DNA of 64,000 nt from an uncultured bacterium (GTDB lineage Bacteria > Babelota > Babeliae > Babelales > Vermiphilaceae), in assembly GCA_963695335.1 (NCBI GenBank), contig OY968764.1, positions 704,001 to 768,000 on the forward strand, read 5' to 3'. Position numbers and translations under genes: made by a program. The first letter of the stretch is position 1, and each line of letters begins with the position of its first letter. Positions 61,544 to 64,000 of the stretch are shown here, piece by piece. Under the pieces are notes generated by a model. The model was not told where the DNA came from. It searched no databases and was given only the letters and a program-made list of their open reading frames with translations.

Positions 61544-61638
61544 AATGGGAAAGTAAATAAAGAGATAGAATATATAATCTGTCAGGTCTGAAAGGAAGCA
61601 GCAGAATATATTCAGTTTTTTGTAGATACTTTCCCATT
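61544..61638 (+). ncRNA. ffs: SRP (4.5S) RNA
   Basis: Domain IV motif tcaggtctgaaaggaagcagc; closing stem aatgggaaagta/tactttcccatt; upstream of dnaX. Confidence 0.85.
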
Positions 61639-61660
61639 TCACATTTCCGGCAAGGAAATG

Positions 61661-61690
61661 TGTCCGTCGTAGCCTTGGCGAAGTCGGACT
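61661..61690. repeat. REP family B unit
   Basis: tgtccgtcgtagccttggcgaagtcggact. Confidence 0.7.
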
Positions 61691-61724
61691 TTTGATTTAA
61701 TTAAAAATTCTAGGTAAAGACTTA

Positions 61725-63485
61725 ATGAGCTCTGTTGTATTAAACTTAAGTAGAAAATGGCGATCTCAGGATTTTGATCATATTGTTGGTCAAGACCTTG
61801 CGGTGCGTATTCTTAAAAATAGTCTTTATCTTGGTCATTATTTTCCTGTCTATTTATGTGCCGGACAACGTGGTTGTGGAAAAACTTCAACAGCACGTGT
61901 TTTTGCGGCAGCGGTAAATTGTCATGCTTTGCCGTTATTCCAAAAAGATCCTAAAAAACATTCTATTCCTTGTTTGGTGTGTGAGTCATGCGTTGCAATG
62001 AAAGAAGGGAATCATCCTGATTTTGTTGAAATTGATGCGGCTTCTCATACTGGTGTTGATAATATTCGCGCAGTCATTGAATCATCTTCATTGCTTCCGG
62101 TAATGGGGCGTAAGCGTGTGTATCTGATTGATGAAGCGCACATGCTCAGTAAAGCGGCATTCAATGCTGCATTAAAAATTTTAGAAGAGCCCCCAGCAAC
62201 CGCGCTATTTATTTTAGCAACAACCAATCCTCATAAAATTATTGATACAGTGCGATCTCGTTGTTTCCAACTGTTTTTCACGCCAATTGCGCATGAAACG
62301 CTTAAAAATCATTTAGTTTTCATCTGCAAACAAGAAAAAATTGCACACACCGAGGATGCTCTTGACCTTATAGTTCGACATACTGAAGGGTCAGCTCGTG
62401 ATGCATTGAATTTGTTGGAGCAAATTAGATTTTCTAATTCTATAGTTAATAAAGAAGCGGTACTTGCATTGCTTGGTCACATTGATGATCAGCAAATTAT
62501 GAATCTTATTCAATTGACTATGCAAGGTGAAGCGAAAAGTTTGGTCCAATTATTGCATTCTTTGAATATTGATAAGCACAAAGCTGAATTTGTGTGGCAG
62601 CGCATGGTAATACTGTTGCGTGCATTATTGTGGATTAAGTATGATGTGCAACCTCATGAACTTATTGCATCCGTTGCGCTCCTTGAATCAAGCGCTCGCT
62701 GGTGCACATTACATGATCTTCATCGTATGATTGAAACATTATATACCCACGAAGAACTTTTTTTAAAAACAACAATGCAGCACATTTTCTTAGAAATGAT
62801 CTTGCTCAGTTTGTGCGCTAAAGATAGCAAAAAAGATGATAATGGTGATGGATCTGCTCCGTGTACTTTAGCGGTTGCATCTTCTGATGGGCAAGAGTCT
62901 GATGATGAATTTGAAGATGAAGAAGACGATGATGATGTTGAAGAAGATGATGAAGCACTAAGTTATGATCAAAAATGGTTAAAGTTTGTTACAAAAGTTG
63001 CATCTTTAAATGAACATTTGGTTCATTCAGTCTTTAAGCAAGCTCGTTTTATTGAATATGTACCAGAAACTCATCGTTTATCAGTGGAATTATCAAAAGA
63101 TTTTGTTCTTTTTAAAGAATGGTTGGATAGTACACAACCGTTATGGCAACCGTTATTAAAAGAGCTTTTTTCAGGTAATGTAGCGCTGGATGCGCAATTT
63201 ACTGGAACATCTTCTAAGCTTGAGCCTCAAGCTAAAAAAACATTTGTAAGTTCTGCGCAACTAACAGAAAAGAGTAATGTTATTAAACCCAAACCACAAT
63301 CGCAAGAAAAGCCAATCAAGCAATCCTTTAATGGTGGCATGCGTTACAACAATCAAAAAAGTACAGTTGTCTCAATACATAAAAATGAGCAACGTATTGA
63401 TGTCTCTGATGAAAATAGATGGAAAACTGCAGCAATGTTGATGCGTCACTTTCCTGGAACTGTTACCGAAATACGTGAAAATTAA
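61725..63485 (+). CDS. dnaX: DNA polymerase III gamma/tau
   Basis: RKWR...F..IVGQ, G.RGCGKT, EIDAAS, IDEAHML, LKILEEPP, SRC. Confidence 0.95.
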   Translation: MSSVVLNLSRKWRSQDFDHIVGQDLAVRILKNSLYLGHYFPVYLCAGQRGCGKTSTARVFAAAVNCHALPLFQKDPKKHSIPCLVCESCVAMKEGNHPDFVEIDAASHTGVDNIRAVIESSSLLPVMGRKRVYLIDEAHMLSKAAFNAALKILEEPPATALFILATTNPHKIIDTVRSRCFQLFFTPIAHETLKNHLVFICKQEKIAHTEDALDLIVRHTEGSARDALNLLEQIRFSNSIVNKEAVLALLGHIDDQQIMNLIQLTMQGEAKSLVQLLHSLNIDKHKAEFVWQRMVILLRALLWIKYDVQPHELIASVALLESSARWCTLHDLHRMIETLYTHEELFLKTTMQHIFLEMILLSLCAKDSKKDDNGDGSAPCTLAVASSDGQESDDEFEDEEDDDDVEEDDEALSYDQKWLKFVTKVASLNEHLVHSVFKQARFIEYVPETHRLSVELSKDFVLFKEWLDSTQPLWQPLLKELFSGNVALDAQFTGTSSKLEPQAKKTFVSSAQLTEKSNVIKPKPQSQEKPIKQSFNGGMRYNNQKSTVVSIHKNEQRIDVSDENRWKTAAMLMRHFPGTVTEIREN

Positions 63486-64000
63486 TGAAAAAAATTAAAC
63501 TTCCTCAAGTTGTCATTGTTGGTCGTACCAACGTTGGCAAATCTACATTATTTAACCGCTTGTCTGAAAATGTAAAAGCTATTGCGTTGGACCTAGAAGG
63601 TGTAACGCGTGATTTTTTACGAGATACCATTGCATGGCAGGGCAGAAGTTTTGAGCTTGTTGATACTGGTGGTATCAGTTTGCGTAAAACACAAGATCCT
63701 ATTTTAAGCCAATCGCGAGCAATTGCTTTATCTATGATTGAATCAGCCGACATAATATTGTTTGTTGTTGATGGTAAAGCAGGACTCGTTAATGAAGATC
63801 GTGAGATTGCACAATTGCTTCACAAGCATGGTAAAACAGTTTTCTTGGTTGTGAATAAAGTTGATGTTAAAGATGCAGCTGAAAATATGTATGAATTTGA
63901 AGGTCTTGGTTTTCCAAAAAGCTGCTTTATTTCTGCTTCTCATGGCAAAAATATAGTTGATTTATTAGAGTTGATCGTTGCGCATTTGCCGGCGCCTTTG
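63485..64000 (+). CDS. der: Ribosome biogenesis GTPase Der, partial (runs off the window)
   Basis: MKKIKLPQVVIVGRTNVGKSTLFNRL, GVTRD, DTGG, VNKVD; read directly, absent from the ORF track. Confidence 0.93.
   Translation, partial: MKKIKLPQVVIVGRTNVGKSTLFNRLSENVKAIALDLEGVTRDFLRDTIAWQGRSFELVDTGGISLRKTQDPILSQSRAIALSMIESADIILFVVDGKAGLVNEDREIAQLLHKHGKTVFLVVNKVDVKDAAENMYEFEGLGFPKSCFISASHGKNIVDLLELIVAHLPAPL

Noticed and set aside
62828..62839. dnaX programmed -1 frameshift (AAAAAAG with TGA in the -1 frame)
   Set aside because: Phase is C-AAA-AAA-G, not A-AAA-AAG; no clear downstream hairpin; A6 runs are common here

Overview
AT-rich bacterial chromosome segment. The gene content points to an intracellular parasite of protists, most likely phylum Dependentiae/Babelota (TM6); this is inferred from two tandem ADP/ATP translocases, ankyrin/F-box proteins and a cPLA2-like lipase. 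Core genes (hup, pilB/gspE, sufCBDS plus sufU, nurA, dnaJ, tilS, gyrB, tadA, rpsI, glmS, ctpA, sod, lysS, recJ, cmk, frameshifted lon, rpsB, dnaX, der), three tRNAs and the SRP RNA alternate with clusters of paralogous, signal-peptide-bearing accessory genes. Main observations: (1) an array of small secreted coiled-coil proteins beside glmS, several of which expose a mitochondrial-presequence-like segment (RSF[S/Y/C]T) after the signal peptide; (2) two extra copies of the glmS 3' end, differing only at synonymous sites, that separate genes of this array; (3) a window-wide signal-peptide signature that leaves Met (mostly Met-Glu) as the first mature residue; (4) a bipartite palindromic element fused to the CCA end of all three tRNAs; (5) REP-like palindromes that nest in each other, sit in frame inside a TonB-like gene and supply the lon stop codon. 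All functional calls come from motif recognition by eye; no searches were run.
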